A stretch of 64,000 nt of DNA from Balneolaceae bacterium (GCA_017643365.1 JAEPNO010000004.1:77085-141084), one strand, 5' to 3'; positions 54,841-64,000 are shown, numbered from the stretch's first letter. Translations and numbers: made by a program. Notes: generated by a model from the sequence alone, not told the origin.

Positions 54841-56520
54841 TTATTTAATTAATGTAAGCTTTTGGGTTTGATGCTGTGCAAAACCGTTGGCTTTATATTC
54901 GATCGATAGAAGATAAACGCCACTGGCTCTGTTGGATGCATCCCAACGAAGTTGATGTGTGCCTTCGCTTTGGTACCCTTGGTGTAATGTAGAAATTAAC
55001 CGACCATTAATGGTGTAAATATTTATGTTTACTTCACCATCAAATGGCAAAGCATATTGAATATTTGTAGATGGGTTAAATGGATTTGGGTAGGCCGGCA
55101 ACAACTCAAATTGCGAAATACTATGTTCGAACTCGGTGTTGGTATCGTGCTTTTCAACCCCAATAAACCGAATAGCATCAGCAACCACATACGATCCTGT
55201 TTCACCACCAAAATTTGAAACGGTAACCTGATCTGCCGAGGTGCCCAAAAAATTGTATTCACCAAGTTTTACCCATTGTGCATTGTCGGTGCTTTGGTCG
55301 GCGTATACCGTATCGATGCCATCAGCATGTTGCACAATAAATGGAGCTCTTTTTGCTCTGTTTGATGAGGAAACCCACCATGCATAGAGTTCATAAGCGT
55401 TTTCAGCCGGTAAATCCGGACGAAAAGTAACCGTTTTTGAGCCATCACCTTGCAGAGTAATTAACGAGGGTGTGTCCCCATAAAAGCCGGCATTTGCTGA
55501 AGCTGCCCATCCGCTCGAAACTTCAACGGATTCATCACCTGTATCTAAAATTTGTTCATAACCCACCACTGGGAAAATTGGAATAGAATCGGCCGGCATG
55601 ATGGCCAGAAAAGTGGCAACAGGTCGTTCGAAGCGAGAACCGCCGGGACGATTAATCAACTGATCGCCAATCACCATTTGGCTTGAACCGCCACCATCCA
55701 AATTAATAGCTTCTGTAGCCCCTAAATCAATCATGATTTGAGCTAATTCGGTCAAACTTACCCCAACTGTAACCGAGCCCTGTCGGCCATCAACAACCAT
55801 TAAAATCGCTTTTCCATCTGGTGTATAACCAACCGCTGTACGAGGATCCGGATTATCTCGCCCGACCCCCGATCCCCAGAAAATTTCCTCGTTGTAGCTC
55901 ACATTAACTGAGTCGCCTTTCACTAAAATTGGTCCGCCACCTACGCCCAAATAGGCATCGTTGTAAACCTCACCACTTTCTTTTGTTGGGGCCACCATTG
56001 GACTAGAAGTCGATTCTTCGTAGGGAAGGGGAGCATCAAAACGATATAAATTCTCGACACCTCCACCAAAATGATAAATCCAATCAACAGCCATCGAGCG
56101 ATCTTCTTTGATGCCAAACATACTTCGAATTACAGGGTAGGACTGAGAGTTTCTAGTTACTGAAGTCACATTTTGTGCCTGAACCTGTCCCGGCTGAACT
56201 AGTGTTGAATAACTAATACCGCCCCCGAAGTAACCGCCGTTTATTGCAGCGTAGGCATTTTTCCGAGCAGCAAATTTAGTGATGGTTTCTGTCCCACCTT
56301 CAGCCAAATAAGGCACAAGTGCAATGTCTTCGTTGTTCGTATCAACTTCGAAATACCAACCTTTAAACGCTGGTGAACTTCGTGTACCTTCAAAGTAGCG
56401 AACTCCTTCAGGAAGTTGCACCGAATCGGTTAATTCTACCCACACAATGTTCTGGGCTTGGGTTGATTTATTTGGAATTAGAAAAGCTGAAATTACAGCC
56501 AGAAAGATGAATTTTTGCAT
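54841..56520 (-). CDS. Phosphodiester glycosidase (NAGPA/DUF2233) family protein with a T9SS C-terminal sorting domain
   Basis: Contains AINGGYFGG and AINLDGGGSS motifs. The C-terminus reads LLPAYPNPFNPSTNIQY...KLTLIK. Confidence 0.8.
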   Translation of the reverse strand: MQKFIFLAVISAFLIPNKSTQAQNIVWVELTDSVQLPEGVRYFEGTRSSPAFKGWYFEVDTNNEDIALVPYLAEGGTETITKFAARKNAYAAINGGYFGGGISYSTLVQPGQVQAQNVTSVTRNSQSYPVIRSMFGIKEDRSMAVDWIYHFGGGVENLYRFDAPLPYEESTSSPMVAPTKESGEVYNDAYLGVGGGPILVKGDSVNVSYNEEIFWGSGVGRDNPDPRTAVGYTPDGKAILMVVDGRQGSVTVGVSLTELAQIMIDLGATEAINLDGGGSSQMVIGDQLINRPGGSRFERPVATFLAIMPADSIPIFPVVGYEQILDTGDESVEVSSGWAASANAGFYGDTPSLITLQGDGSKTVTFRPDLPAENAYELYAWWVSSSNRAKRAPFIVQHADGIDTVYADQSTDNAQWVKLGEYNFLGTSADQVTVSNFGGETGSYVVADAIRFIGVEKHDTNTEFEHSISQFELLPAYPNPFNPSTNIQYALPFDGEVNINIYTINGRLISTLHQGYQSEGTHQLRWDASNRASGVYLLSIEYKANGFAQHQTQKLTLIK

Positions 56521-56685
56521 TCAATCGGCAATTTTTAGAATAGATAGAAGAAGTAAAATTTTAAATCAAGAAGTATGGTATTCTTAAGTGGACATAATTT
56601 GTAAAAAAGTGCGATGTTCGTATCCGTTTATAAAATCAAAATCACTCAACATCAAGATATTTGGCAATACTTGGGATTATAATTC

Positions 56686-57867
56686 ATGGATCAGTTAAAA
56701 ATATCGGGCTACTTAGATAAATTCGAACATGAGCTTTTTGAGTCGGTACTTCCATTTTGGGAAACGCATTCTCCGGATTTCGAAAATGGCGGATTTTATA
56801 ATTGCTTGGATCGACAGGGAAAGGTGTACGATACTCGCAAACATGTATGGTTGCAAGGCAGGCAAACTTGGATGTTTAGTAAACTCTATCGAAATGTTGA
56901 GAGAAATCCGAATTGGCTGAAACTGGCAAAAAACGGTGCAGACTTTTTGCTGAATAAAACGCTCACCGAAAATGATCGTGTTTACTTTGCAGTAAATGAA
57001 CAAGGCAAAGGGCTCTGGATGCAGCGTAAGATTTTTTCGGAATGTTTCTGGATTATGGCGTTGGCCGAATACAGCAGAGCCAGCGGTGATAAATCGTATC
57101 TGCAACATACCGAGCGCTTGTTTAAAAAAGTTTGGGAATGGTCGAAGGATCTTTCGAAAGTTGGGCAGCCCACGTATGAAGGCGCTGAACCTTTAGTTCA
57201 ACTTGCCATCCCAATGATACTTTTAAACCTGATTGAGGAAGTTGCAGGCGCTAATTTTTCCGAATTCGAAACTCAAATTAATGAATGCATCGATCGAGTG
57301 ATGTTGCACGTTCACCCGGCTCGACAACTTGTTTTTGAGCAAGTAGCTCCTAATGGTGAATTTGTAAACAATATGGACGGTCGATTACTTAATCCCGGGC
57401 ATGCCAGTGAAGCGGGTTGGTTTTTACAGCACTGGGCCGGTCATACAAAGAATGCGGAACTATCGAAAACTGCGATAAATATGGTTCGATGGTCGCACGA
57501 TAAGGGCTGGGACGATGAATACGGCGGGCTGTATTATTTCCTCGATTCTGAGGGGCATTCCCCAACTCAACTTGAATGGAATATGAAACTATGGTGGCCA
57601 CACACCGAGGCGATGTATGCTCATTTACTAAATTATTCGATCACTAAGGATGAATCGGATTTTAAGAAATTCGAGCAAGTGGTTGATTATAGTTTCACTC
57701 ACTTTTCGGATGCTGAATATGGAGAATGGTTTGGCTATTTGAGCCGAGAGGGAAAACGCACGCATCACTTTAAGGGCGGACCTTACAAAGGCTGTTTCCA
57801 CGTGCCGCGTGCGCTGTATTTATGCTGGCAGCTACTTTCTAAGTTGGAATCTGATCCACAATTATAA
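56686..57867 (+). CDS. AGE-family epimerase/isomerase (N-acylglucosamine 2-epimerase-like)
   Basis: 393 aa with an alpha/alpha-barrel pattern, including FYNCLDRQGKVYDTRKHVWLQGRQ and WWPHTEAM. Confidence 0.8.
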   Translation: MDQLKISGYLDKFEHELFESVLPFWETHSPDFENGGFYNCLDRQGKVYDTRKHVWLQGRQTWMFSKLYRNVERNPNWLKLAKNGADFLLNKTLTENDRVYFAVNEQGKGLWMQRKIFSECFWIMALAEYSRASGDKSYLQHTERLFKKVWEWSKDLSKVGQPTYEGAEPLVQLAIPMILLNLIEEVAGANFSEFETQINECIDRVMLHVHPARQLVFEQVAPNGEFVNNMDGRLLNPGHASEAGWFLQHWAGHTKNAELSKTAINMVRWSHDKGWDDEYGGLYYFLDSEGHSPTQLEWNMKLWWPHTEAMYAHLLNYSITKDESDFKKFEQVVDYSFTHFSDAEYGEWFGYLSREGKRTHHFKGGPYKGCFHVPRALYLCWQLLSKLESDPQL

Positions 57868-57954
57868 ATACCGCTTGGATCAGAGCTCATTCGACAAATA
57901 ATTATGTTTTATTGATACTCGATTCGCTTGCAAGTTCTTCTTGATTGTATGAAA

Positions 57955-57990
57955 TAGAAAAGGCGAAAGTGTAACCTTTCGCCTCAAAAG
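57955..57990 (-). terminator. Rho-independent terminator downstream of nagB
   Basis: A 9-bp stem (AGGCGAAAG at 57961-57969 pairing with CTTTCGCCT at 57976-57984). On the minus strand it is followed by TTTCTATTTC. Confidence 0.6.
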
Positions 57991-58009
57991 TGTTGATGAC
58001 TGAACTAAA

Positions 58010-59938
58010 TCAGTCCAATTCTTTCCAGCGCACAAAAGCTTCCATAGCCTCATACTCTGCCAACCCAAGCTGATCGTAGGTTTGAGCCGTATTTCTAGTA
58101 CGGTCGTCGGCACGTTGCCAGAATTCACGTTTGTCAGTTCCAGGGAAAAGCGGACGGTCTTTCTGCGATTGATGCTTGAAAATAGCTCTTCGCTTTCGAT
58201 CGGTTTCTTCCGGGCTAAGTGGCACGGCCATTTCGATGTCCTCGATATCCCATTCCTGCCAAGCACCACGGTACAACCACGTCCAGCAGTCTTTCATCCA
58301 ATCTTCGTCTTTAAGTTCGCGAAGAGCTGCGAAAATGGCATCTAAACACACACGGTGAGTACCATGGGGATCGGATAAATCACCTGCGGCATAAATTTGA
58401 TGAGGTTGGATTTCCTCAATGAGCTTCTTTGTAATAGCGATGTCTTCAGGGCCGATTGGATTCTTCCGCACTTTTCCGGTTTCGTAAAACGGTAAGTCCT
58501 GAAAGTGCATGTTTTCATCAGGGATGCCCACGTATCGACAAGCAGCTTTTGCCTCGCCACGGCGGATTAGGCCTTTGATGGTTTTTACGGCATCTGAATC
58601 TACTTCACCTGGAGTTTTATCTTTGATGGAAGCGCGGACTTCTTCGAAAAGCTTGCTCGTATCTTCATTTTCGAAACCAAATTGCTCGTGATAGTCGGTA
58701 ACAAAATCAGCAAAACGAATGGCTTCATCATCAAATACGGCAATATTTCCAGAGGTCTGATATGCGACATGAACTTCATGACCTTGATCAACTAAACGAA
58801 TAAATGTACCGCCCATTGAAATTACATCATCATCGGGGTGCGGACTGAAAATAAGCACGCGTTTTTTCGCCGGTTCTCTTCGTTCGGGGCGATAGGTGTC
58901 ATCAGAATTCGGCTTGCCACCCGGCCATCCGGTAATGGTGTGCTGAATTTCGTTAAAAATACGAATGTTCACGTTGTAGGCTCGCCCAATGTCGGTGAGG
59001 ACATCATTCATGCCATGCTCGCTATAATCTTCGTCGGTGAGTTTAAGAATAGGTTTCTCTAAGTACTTACTTAGCCAAACAACGGCTTTTTTGAGCATTT
59101 GATCAGTCCATTCAATTGGACCAACCAACCAAGGTGTTTTCGAACGTGTTAGCTTTGCTGATGAAGCATCATCAAGTAAAAACTCAACATTATCGTGATC
59201 TTGAAGGAAAGTTGCCGGTATCTGTGAAGTAATTTCACCTTCAATAGTTTGCTGTACAATACCAGCTTTTCCTTCGCCCCAGGCCATAATGAAAATTCGG
59301 TCAGCCTTCATGATGGTGCCAACACCCATGGTAATTGCACGTCGTGGCACATTTTCAACACCAAAGAATCCACTGGCAGCGTCTAGAATAGTAAGACTAT
59401 CTAGTGCGATTAATCTGGTTTTTGAACTTTCTGATGAACCCGGCTCATTAAATCCAACATGACCGGTTCTACCAATTCCTAAAATCTGAATATCGAGGCC
59501 GCCGTAGGAATCAATCTTCTCCTCATAATTCGCGCAAAACTCAAAAACTTTTTTTCTCTCAAGTGTACCATCCGGGATATGGATGTTCTCTTTTTTGATG
59601 TCGATGTGATCAAACAAATATTCGTTCATAAAATGAACGTAACTATGAATAGAATCCGGCTCCATTGGGTAATATTCATCCAAATTAAAAGTAACCACAT
59701 TCTGGAAACTCAAGCCTTCTTCTTTGTGCATACGAACGAGCTCGTCATAAACTTGAGTAGGAGTGGAACCGGTAGCCAATCCTAAAACAGCATTTTCACC
59801 TTCTTTCTCCTTTTGCTTGATAAGATTTGCAATTTCTTGGGCTGCATAAATTGAAGCTACTTTTGCAGAATCAAAAACTTTAGTTGGAATTTTTTCGAAT
59901 TTCTCAAAATCCGGACGAATCAAATGCGATGAGTTCAT
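58010..59938 (-). CDS. nagB: Long-form glucosamine-6-phosphate deaminase fused to a PIG-L/LmbE-like deacetylase domain
   Basis: The N-terminal NagB domain has LGLATGSTP and LGIGRTGHVGFNEPGS. The C-terminal domain has VLIFSPHPDDDVISMGGT, the PIG-L motif. 642 aa. Confidence 0.9.
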   Translation of the reverse strand: MNSSHLIRPDFEKFEKIPTKVFDSAKVASIYAAQEIANLIKQKEKEGENAVLGLATGSTPTQVYDELVRMHKEEGLSFQNVVTFNLDEYYPMEPDSIHSYVHFMNEYLFDHIDIKKENIHIPDGTLERKKVFEFCANYEEKIDSYGGLDIQILGIGRTGHVGFNEPGSSESSKTRLIALDSLTILDAASGFFGVENVPRRAITMGVGTIMKADRIFIMAWGEGKAGIVQQTIEGEITSQIPATFLQDHDNVEFLLDDASSAKLTRSKTPWLVGPIEWTDQMLKKAVVWLSKYLEKPILKLTDEDYSEHGMNDVLTDIGRAYNVNIRIFNEIQHTITGWPGGKPNSDDTYRPERREPAKKRVLIFSPHPDDDVISMGGTFIRLVDQGHEVHVAYQTSGNIAVFDDEAIRFADFVTDYHEQFGFENEDTSKLFEEVRASIKDKTPGEVDSDAVKTIKGLIRRGEAKAACRYVGIPDENMHFQDLPFYETGKVRKNPIGPEDIAITKKLIEEIQPHQIYAAGDLSDPHGTHRVCLDAIFAALRELKDEDWMKDCWTWLYRGAWQEWDIEDIEMAVPLSPEETDRKRRAIFKHQSQKDRPLFPGTDKREFWQRADDRTRNTAQTYDQLGLAEYEAMEAFVRWKELD

Positions 59939-60032
59939 GGTTAGTTGGGAAGATTGATTGTATTAAAAATTGACTTGGCTTGGTGCGCCTTTTCCGAGCA
60001 CCAAAAATAGCTTTTAGATTACAGAAATACAC

Positions 60033-60049
60033 ATTATGATGGTCATAAT
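60033..60049. promoter_or_regulatory. Perfect palindrome in the nagB / BadF-kinase divergent intergenic region (candidate operator)
   Basis: ATTATGA-TGG-TCATAAT has 7-bp arms. Confidence 0.25.
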
Positions 60050-60188
60050 ACTATGTAAAATAATTTGTTAACATCATGACTCAGATCGGGATAGGTGATA
60101 GCCAATAAATTCACGTTATATAAATTAATCAACATTCACTTAGGCTGATTGATTGACGAAATAATGATTATCTTTCAAAGAAAAACGG

Positions 60189-61055
60189 ATGAGTATATTA
60201 ATCGCCGACGCAGGTGCTACCTCAACGAGTTGGGCACTTATTAAAGAGAATGATCATCAAATTGTTCGCACCTCAGGGCTTGATCCATCATTAAAAGTAG
60301 ATGCAGAAATAGAATCTGTAATTTTTGATGAACTCTCACTTTTGTTAAACACTTCACAAATTTCACAAGTGATTTATTATGGGGCAGGTTGTGGTGATTT
60401 TAAACATGCCAATAGAATAAAAAAGATTCTTTCGGAAGCCTTTAGAAAAGCAGAAGTGTCGGTTAAAACTGATATCGAAGGAGCGGGATTAGCTTTGTTC
60501 GCCAAACAAACCGGTATCGTTGTTATTTCCGGTTCAGGCTCAAGCGCTGGTTTTATGGATAACGGTAAACTAGTAGATGTGATGCCTTCAAAAGCGTACC
60601 CTGAAGGTGATTTCGGTTCCGGTGCTCATATTGGAGCACTTGTCCTATCCGATTTTTTTGCTGGCGATGTGCCATCGGAAATTAAAAATGTGATACAAGC
60701 CCGAAGAAGATTAAGTATCGACGATTTATTTGTTCAGTTTCAAGATCCAATCAAATCTAAACTAATAGCCTCAAAAGCATTAGGCGATGTAATATCGTCA
60801 GCTGAGTTTGATCAGCCTCTACATCAGGATTATCTTAAAAGATTGGTTTTTGAAGCGATCGAACCACTTTTTGATCAGCTTAAAAATCATTTTAAAAATG
60901 CACTGGCTCAGCAATCAATAAGATTTGCAGGTGGAACGGTTGGCGTTTTTGAAGAGTATTTTCGCGAATACTTTAGAAAGAAAGGCTTGATCATCGATAA
61001 AGTCGAAAAAACACCAATTATCGGGTTAATCGATTATCATTCCACAAATGATTGA
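60189..61055 (+). CDS. BadF/BadG/BcrA/BcrD-type ATPase (amino-sugar kinase family), paralog 2
   Basis: Contains ILIADAGATSTSW and VISGSGSSAG. It has the same length class and motif order as the gene at 33671..34528. Confidence 0.7.
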   Translation: MSILIADAGATSTSWALIKENDHQIVRTSGLDPSLKVDAEIESVIFDELSLLLNTSQISQVIYYGAGCGDFKHANRIKKILSEAFRKAEVSVKTDIEGAGLALFAKQTGIVVISGSGSSAGFMDNGKLVDVMPSKAYPEGDFGSGAHIGALVLSDFFAGDVPSEIKNVIQARRRLSIDDLFVQFQDPIKSKLIASKALGDVISSAEFDQPLHQDYLKRLVFEAIEPLFDQLKNHFKNALAQQSIRFAGGTVGVFEEYFREYFRKKGLIIDKVEKTPIIGLIDYHSTND

Positions 61056-61806
61056 TACGCATTCGCACATTTATTTACCTCAATTCGAAGAAGATCTGGA
61101 TGAAGTTTTAGATCGTGCTGCAGAAGCTGGAATCACTGAAATTTTTATGCCTGCAATCGACTTCTCATCGAATGAACAAATGAAAAAATTATCTCATGAA
61201 TCGATTCGATTTTATGAGATGTCGGGTTTGCATCCGGCCGATGTAAAAGAACTTGAGGATGGTTTTGAACAAAAACTACATGATAAATGCAGTAACGCAC
61301 ACATTTATGGTGTCGGCGAAACAGGATTAGATTATTACTGGAGCACTGATTTTGTGGCCGAACAAAAAGAAAGTTTACATGCGCATTGTAGAGTAGCCAA
61401 GGCAACTGAAAAGCCCATTATTTTGCACAACCGCGAGAGTACGAGTGATTTATTAGAGATCATCGAAGCGGAACAGGATGGAAATTTAACAGGAATCTGG
61501 CATTGTTTTAATGGTACTGTTGATGAAGGTAAGAAAGCCATTGATTTGGGAATTCATCTAGGAATTGGTGGTGTGGTAACGTTTAAAAACGGCGGTGTAG
61601 ACAAGACTGTAAAAGAGTTACCATTAGATAAGATGGTTTTGGAAACCGATGCTCCATATTTGTCACCCACCCCAAAACGTGGAAAGAGAAATGAACCCTC
61701 GTTCATGCTATTCACTGCTCAAAAACTGGCTGATATTTTTGACTTCAGTTTATCGGAGATTATTGAACAAACTAATTCTACAGCTAGAAAACTGTTTAAA
61801 ATTTAG
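61048..61806 (+). CDS. tatD: TatD-family metal-dependent hydrolase
   Basis: Contains IDTHSHI, GETGLDYY, HNRES, and LETDAPYL at the C-terminus. Confidence 0.9.
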   Translation: MIDTHSHIYLPQFEEDLDEVLDRAAEAGITEIFMPAIDFSSNEQMKKLSHESIRFYEMSGLHPADVKELEDGFEQKLHDKCSNAHIYGVGETGLDYYWSTDFVAEQKESLHAHCRVAKATEKPIILHNRESTSDLLEIIEAEQDGNLTGIWHCFNGTVDEGKKAIDLGIHLGIGGVVTFKNGGVDKTVKELPLDKMVLETDAPYLSPTPKRGKRNEPSFMLFTAQKLADIFDFSLSEIIEQTNSTARKLFKI

Positions 61807-61810
61807 AACT

Positions 61811-63094
61811 TTAATTTAGCAAAGCGGCCGGGTGATACCCTTCAACCGGCAAGTTTTTGTTTTTGTTCAATAGTTTAGTTTGAACGGAGCATTCGTCCAT
61901 CTCACCTGTTTCAATGTACTGAAGGGCTGCAGCTAACATTAATTCGGAAGTATCTCCCCAATTTGATTTTAAATCATCACAAGCCTTGAAATCAGGCTCA
62001 ATTCCATCAAAAAAATCTCCTTCTCCATTACTGTTTAAAAATTTAAAACTGATTATGGAATAGACTTGTGTCTCGTCGAGGCTGAACCAACTGTAAGTTC
62101 CAACAGGTTTGCCATAGGTGTTAGCGGTTCCAATGTGGGTAACATTCATTAGTGGTTTTAAGCCGTTCAACACCAATTCACTGGCTGAAGCCGTTTGTTC
62201 AGTGCTTAAAACGATCAGTTCATGAATATTGAGAACACCTCTACTAGTTAATTTCCGACCATCGTTGTTGTCCGTTTTATCATCGTTATGTTCAAAACGA
62301 TATAAATCTTTCCCACTATCCGTTTCATCGATGATGTAATTCGATAAATAGGTTGCAACTGAAATCCTACCACCACCATTGTAACGTAAATCGAGGATTA
62401 ACTTGCTGATATTATTCGAAGCAAACCAGATAAAAGCATCATCTAATTCTGAACGGGATGGTTCGATAAAATTATTAAATACCATATAGCCAACCGTTTC
62501 GGTGCCCACAGAAAGTGTGTCGGCATATAACACCGAATTTATGGTAACAACATCTTTAGTGATTGATAGATCTTCGGTTTCGTTTGATGCATTTTTAAAG
62601 GTAAATGATTGTGTAAAACCGGGGGTTTCATCGCCGAATACGCCACTCCAATCTGTGATAGTTTGAACATCGGTTCCGTCGATATGCGTTAACATCCAGC
62701 CTCTTTGAACTCCCGCTCTGGCAAACGGACTGTCATCGTATACGTATTTAATTCTCAGTTCATTATCACTGTTAAAGCCATAGGAGAATCCATAGCCGAA
62801 ATAGGTTCCTTCTTCGTAATAACTGTTAAATGAAGATGCATTTCCTACCGAACTCCATCGATCATAAGTTTTAAAACGAACTTGATTTAATAAGTCTGCC
62901 GGGTTTTCGTAAGAATCTAAGTCAGGATTTTCAGGTAACGTATGATTCCATAAGTACCAGTTATCCATTAAGTTGAATAAGTGTTCTTTATCAAGGTCGT
63001 TAGCTGTTGGCTCTTCCATTGTGTTTGGTTTACAAGCTCCAAGCACAAGTAATAATAACAATATCGAGAGGAGAAGGTTTTCTTTCATATACAA
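61811..63094 (-). CDS. S41-family peptidase lipoprotein with a PDZ-like domain
   Basis: Lipobox LVLGAC, a PDZ-like GVQRGWMLTHIDGTDV, LDLRYNGGG, and the serine region TASASELV. Confidence 0.75.
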   Translation of the reverse strand: MYMKENLLLSILLLLLVLGACKPNTMEEPTANDLDKEHLFNLMDNWYLWNHTLPENPDLDSYENPADLLNQVRFKTYDRWSSVGNASSFNSYYEEGTYFGYGFSYGFNSDNELRIKYVYDDSPFARAGVQRGWMLTHIDGTDVQTITDWSGVFGDETPGFTQSFTFKNASNETEDLSITKDVVTINSVLYADTLSVGTETVGYMVFNNFIEPSRSELDDAFIWFASNNISKLILDLRYNGGGRISVATYLSNYIIDETDSGKDLYRFEHNDDKTDNNDGRKLTSRGVLNIHELIVLSTEQTASASELVLNGLKPLMNVTHIGTANTYGKPVGTYSWFSLDETQVYSIISFKFLNSNGEGDFFDGIEPDFKACDDLKSNWGDTSELMLAAALQYIETGEMDECSVQTKLLNKNKNLPVEGYHPAALLN

Positions 63095-63112
63095 GGTTGT
63101 TCAGCTATGAAA

Positions 63113-63619
63113 CTAGAATGATTGATTTTTATTATTTGGAAGAATTAATTGCCAATATCCGACATTTCGCCACTCACCAAATTTAAAACCGACTTCTTTA
63201 AACTCGCCAATTTTTTCGAAACCAAGTTTTTCATGCAAACGAATACTGGCTTCATTTGGAAGTGTTATGCCGCCAATTAAAGCATGATAGTTCTGTGCCT
63301 TTAGCCTTTCGATTAAACTGGTATAAAGTGCTGTGCCTATCCCATTTTTGTGAGCACTTTGGTCGACATAAATGCTCGTTTCCACCGAAAATCTATAGGC
63401 ACTTCTACCTTTCCAAGGTGTTGCATAAGCATAGGCGATAACTTGTTTGTTCTCTTCAAACACCAGCCAAGGAAGCGACTCAGAGTAATTGTTTACTCTT
63501 TGATTCATTTCTTGTTCATCGATCACGCTTTCTTCGAAAGTAACTGCTGTATGCTCGATGTAGTAATTATAAATCGATGTTATTGAAGCGATATCTTGAG
63601 GTTGAACAGATCGTATCAT
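63113..63619 (-). CDS. GNAT-family N-acetyltransferase (phosphinothricin/amino-acid acetyltransferase-like)
   Basis: 168 aa with IYNYYIEHTAVTFE and HKNGIGTALY...LHEKLGFEKIG. Confidence 0.85.
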   Translation of the reverse strand: MIRSVQPQDIASITSIYNYYIEHTAVTFEESVIDEQEMNQRVNNYSESLPWLVFEENKQVIAYAYATPWKGRSAYRFSVETSIYVDQSAHKNGIGTALYTSLIERLKAQNYHALIGGITLPNEASIRLHEKLGFEKIGEFKEVGFKFGEWRNVGYWQLILPNNKNQSF

Positions 63620-63728
63620 TTAGCGGAAAAATAAGCGAGCAGTATCAAATTGTAACTTTTTAAAATTGTGATAGTACATAAATCGGCAAAACTGATTTTA
63701 ACGAATTCCTACAATAATCGAGAATACT

Positions 63729-64000
63729 ATGAAGCAAATTTACTGGGTAGTCTTATCAATTCTGATTTTAAGCACAGCTTGTGCGCAAGCAGTAGACGTT
63801 CAACCTTTTGTTACCGGTGAACCCTATGGATTCTGGAGTGGACTTTGGCATGGTTGTATCGCTCCAATTACATTTTTTGTTAGCCTATTCGACGATGAAG
63901 TTGCGATTTATGCCGTAAACAATGTTGGTGGCTGGTACGATTTCGGATTTGTACTGGGTGCCGGAATCTTATTCGGTGGTGGAAGCAAAGGTAGCCGCCG
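63729..64000 (+). CDS. Hypothetical small lipoprotein/membrane protein, 5' partial (continues beyond the window)
   Basis: Hand translation gives MKQIYWVVLSILILSTACAQAVDVQPF...GGWYDFGFVLGAGILFGGGSKG. It has a signal/lipobox-like N-terminus and the frame stays open to the window edge. Confidence 0.45.
   Translation, partial: MKQIYWVVLSILILSTACAQAVDVQPFVTGEPYGFWSGLWHGCIAPITFFVSLFDDEVAIYAVNNVGGWYDFGFVLGAGILFGGGSKGSR

Noticed and set aside
57880-58269. A 129-aa minus-strand ORF overlapping the 3' end of nagB and the terminator.
   Set aside because: It is out of frame with nagB, spans the terminator hairpin and intergenic DNA, and has no recognisable features.

Overview
This is a 64-kb, moderately AT-rich chromosomal window. 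Its gene content points to an FCB-group bacterium (Bacteroidota/Balneolota-like): four clear T9SS C-terminal sorting domains, a CarboxypepD_reg-type TonB-dependent receptor, a long-form NagB, and DUF3347/CusB fusions. All family calls come from motif recognition in the supplied translations; no database search was run. I saw no rRNA, tRNA, CRISPR array, transposase or integrase.

Layout:
1. 0-19.7 kb, housekeeping genes: three tandem OmpH/Skp genes, an orphan vWA protein, rnhB, the mreBCD-mrdA-rodA operon, purHN, an AI-2E transporter with recX, a FIST protein plus hybrid histidine kinase, recA, a four-helix-bundle protein, and kynU-kynA.
2. 20-32.2 kb: a TonB-dependent receptor locus with no SusD-like gene. 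It contains a PorV-like barrel and T9SS-tailed proteins.
3. 32.4-38.8 kb and 49.9-61 kb: two halves of an amino-sugar/peptidoglycan salvage set (HGSNAT-like NagX, two BadF-type kinases, NagZ, NamZ/DUF1343, two amidases, AmpG, NAGPA-like phosphodiester glycosidase, AGE epimerase, long NagB).
4. 38.9-49.7 kb: a minus-strand heavy-metal (Cu/Ag-type) RND efflux block sitting between those two halves.
5. 61-64 kb: tatD, an S41 peptidase, a GNAT acetyltransferase and a partial lipoprotein gene.

Most notable observations:
- The receptor/PorV-like/T9SS-cargo locus, which I cannot match to a described system.
- A family of nested palindromic intergenic repeats with compensatory arm changes at three operon boundaries, two of which flank the metal block.
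- A single in-frame TAG that splits the CusA/CzcA-family pump gene.
- An unannotated 58-codon ORF encoding a signal peptide plus a Met-rich peptide at the head of the metal operon.
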